A stretch of 52,444 nt of DNA from Octopus bimaculoides (taxonomy: Eukaryota), in assembly GCF_001194135.2 (NCBI RefSeq), contig NC_068985.1, positions 94,467,096 through 94,519,539 on the forward strand, read 5' to 3'. Below are positions 50,724-52,444 of the stretch, in pieces. Position 1 is the first letter of the stretch. The number at the start of each line of letters is the position of its first letter. Position numbers and translations under genes: made by a program. The notes under the pieces were generated by a model. The model was given only the letters and a program-made list of their open reading frames with translations, searched no databases and had not been told where the DNA came from.

Positions 50724-51108
50724 AATAGAGGTATTAATATTTCTAAGTCTTTCTAAAGGAGACTACGGCAGCGGTACTGGAAATTAATAGTTATCGCCAA
50801 GCCAACATGGCAGTCCAAAAAATAGGACGAATGCTGCCGTTGATTAGCTCCAACAGGCCATAGCCTCTAGCTACCTATGTGACACACGAACCTGTGTCCT
50901 TTATAAGCTTCGAACAGGGGAGGTCAGCCGCTTCACCTTGCTGATCTGGCATCTACAGACTAGTTTCGGGGTATTGCCCCTTATCAATGTAGAGCAGCCG
51001 AACCCACCAGGCGTCGCTAGTGACCGTCTGTACGAAGGATTATTTATCTAATTTCAGTGGAATACATCCACTGGTTTTCAGCAATAGAGGAATTAATATT
51101 TCTAAGTC
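50724..51108 (-). mobile_element. 359-bp terminally redundant hammerhead-bearing element (retrozyme-like or Penelope pLTR-like)
   Basis: 26-bp direct repeats aatagagg(t/a)attaatatttctaagtc at 50724-50749 and 51083-51108; internal hammerhead fold; (TA)n on both sides; no ORF. Confidence 0.65.
50952..50993 (-). ncRNA. Type I hammerhead ribozyme motif, U3-A8 core variant
   Basis: Minus strand: UCUACA [UUGAUAA] GGGG-caaua-CCCC [GAAA] C-ua-G [UC] UGUAGA. Stem I has 6 bp, stem II has 4 bp, and stem III is minimal and palindromic (ACUAGU); GUC cleavage is predicted between 50958 and 50957. Confidence 0.8.
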
Positions 51109-51113
51109 ACGCA

Positions 51114-51159
<46 letters not shown>

Positions 51160-51162
<3 letters not shown>

Positions 51163-51342
51163 GCCATGATAGATCGCTGACCACTACATTCATATTTTTT
51201 TATTTCTGTGTTCCTTTCTGTTGAAGAGCGTGGGCTTGAAACGTTAAAAACTTTCTCTATTCCCCAGTGTTATACAAATACATCCATTTGTTGTTTACAC
51301 CACCTGTCTTCGTCTGTTGTTTTTTTCGTAAATTCTCCCATA
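51160..51342 (+). mobile_element. Penelope-like non-autonomous repeat (same family as 8231-8428)
   Basis: Aligns with the reverse complement of 8231-8428; contains ctttctgttgaagagcgtgggcttgaaacgtt. Confidence 0.6.
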
Positions 51343-51918
51343 TATATATATATATATATACGTACATACATGCATCAACGACAGCTTAAATATCAAGTCA
51401 CCATCACTGTGTTTTGTAAGTTCCCGGCAATTTTCTATATATAATATTACCAGTCACATTTTCTATGGTTCTATAAATTCCTTTATATATTTAATATACG
51501 TCTGTAGCCTATTTGCGCATAACATCATTCTCCATATTCAAGACTCTATATATTTTAGCTTAATAAACGTTTTTTTTTCCTGTCTTTATTCGTTTGTATG
51601 CTGGACGATAGTTTCCCTCTTGGTTATTAAATTTTAGATGCATCTAACTATCCTGGTACAATAAATTCATAATTCTGATGTGGCAAAGAAGGCGCAATAC
51701 TTGCTGGTGAGTATAAATATGTAAAATGAATAGAGAAAATCTCTGGATTATTTTATTGAAAGGTAGAACAATAGTCATGTCAACTGGAAATGAGTTCTCA
51801 AGCCCCGCGGATAGTATTCAAATTCTCCTATCCCAAACAGCTTTTCAGCTCAATATATACATGGTATCATTTGTAGATTATGTGTACTTTGAGAACTAAT
51901 TGCAAAAGTGTATAACCC

Positions 51919-51919
<1 letters not shown>

Positions 51920-51972
<53 letters not shown>

Positions 51973-51988
51973 GTCCATCTATCTATCC

Positions 51989-52024
<36 letters not shown>

Positions 52025-52066
52025 GTCAGTCTATCTATCTATTTATTTATCTATCTATCTATCTAT
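51920..52066. repeat. (CTAT)n microsatellite
   Basis: Directly visible. Confidence 0.97.
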
Positions 52067-52067
52067 T

Positions 52068-52444
52068 TTTGGCGACCTCTTGGCATCAGTCTACTGCAAC
52101 TGGCAACACAACGGGAGAATTCCCGGTTTCGTGAGCCGAGGTGCAGTGACATTGCTGAAGAAAGACCCAAACAAGGGAAATTTTATAGATAATTTCAGGC
52201 CCATCACTCTGCTTAACGCAGATTTGAAAATTTTGGCCAAAGTAATAGCCGAGAGGTTGGCGCTTGTCATCGATAAACTGGTCGACAGGGCGCAAACATG
52301 CGTCGTGTCGGGCAGAAGTATCCATGACAACCTCCACCTCATGCACTACATCATGGACAGGGTAGTTAAGGATCCTGGCATGGGTGGGGCGCTGATCAAT
52401 TTAGATCAATCTAAAGCCTTCGATAGGGTCGACCATCGATACCT
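52068..52444 (+). mobile_element. L1/Tx1-clade LINE reverse transcriptase fragment, 5'-truncated, open to the window end
   Basis: Uninterrupted frame not in the ORF track (no stop before the edge): [64 protein letters not shown]...QTCVVSGRSIHDNLHL...ALINLDQSKAFDRVDHRY (RT domains 0-3: NFRPI.LLN.D.KILAK, GR.I.DN, LD.SKAFDRV). Confidence 0.92.

Overview
This is AT-rich eukaryotic DNA from a gapped draft assembly. It is dense in microsatellites and has many N-gaps, most of them flanked by (TA)n. The repeat content is what I recognise from octopod cephalopods (Octopus-type tRNA-derived SINEs); the taxon is an inference, not a database result. I could not identify any host protein-coding gene with confidence, and nearly all listed ORFs are artefacts of microsatellites, N-runs or transposon remnants. 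The window is essentially a mobile-element landscape. It holds at least three tRNA-derived SINE families (about 15 copies or fragments), a near full-length DD34D mariner with TIRs (15399-16731) and five R4/Dong-like non-LTR fragments, two of which abut (TAA)n arrays. There is also an RTE-like 3' fragment with three C2H2 fingers, a CR1-group 3' fragment, an open L1/Tx1-like RT frame running off the right edge, Penelope-like relics, Helitron/Helentron-type non-autonomous elements and small pogo/Tigger-type MITEs. The most interesting observation is a 359-bp terminally redundant unit (50724-51108) between (TA)n tracts. On the minus strand it carries a complete type I hammerhead ribozyme fold (50952-50993) whose core has a compensatory U3-A8 pair in place of C3-G8, a retrozyme-like or Penelope-pLTR-like element. 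Further hammerhead-like motifs occur in other repeats. Two fold-back inverted duplications of similar geometry (18807-19223, 31837-32308) also stand out.
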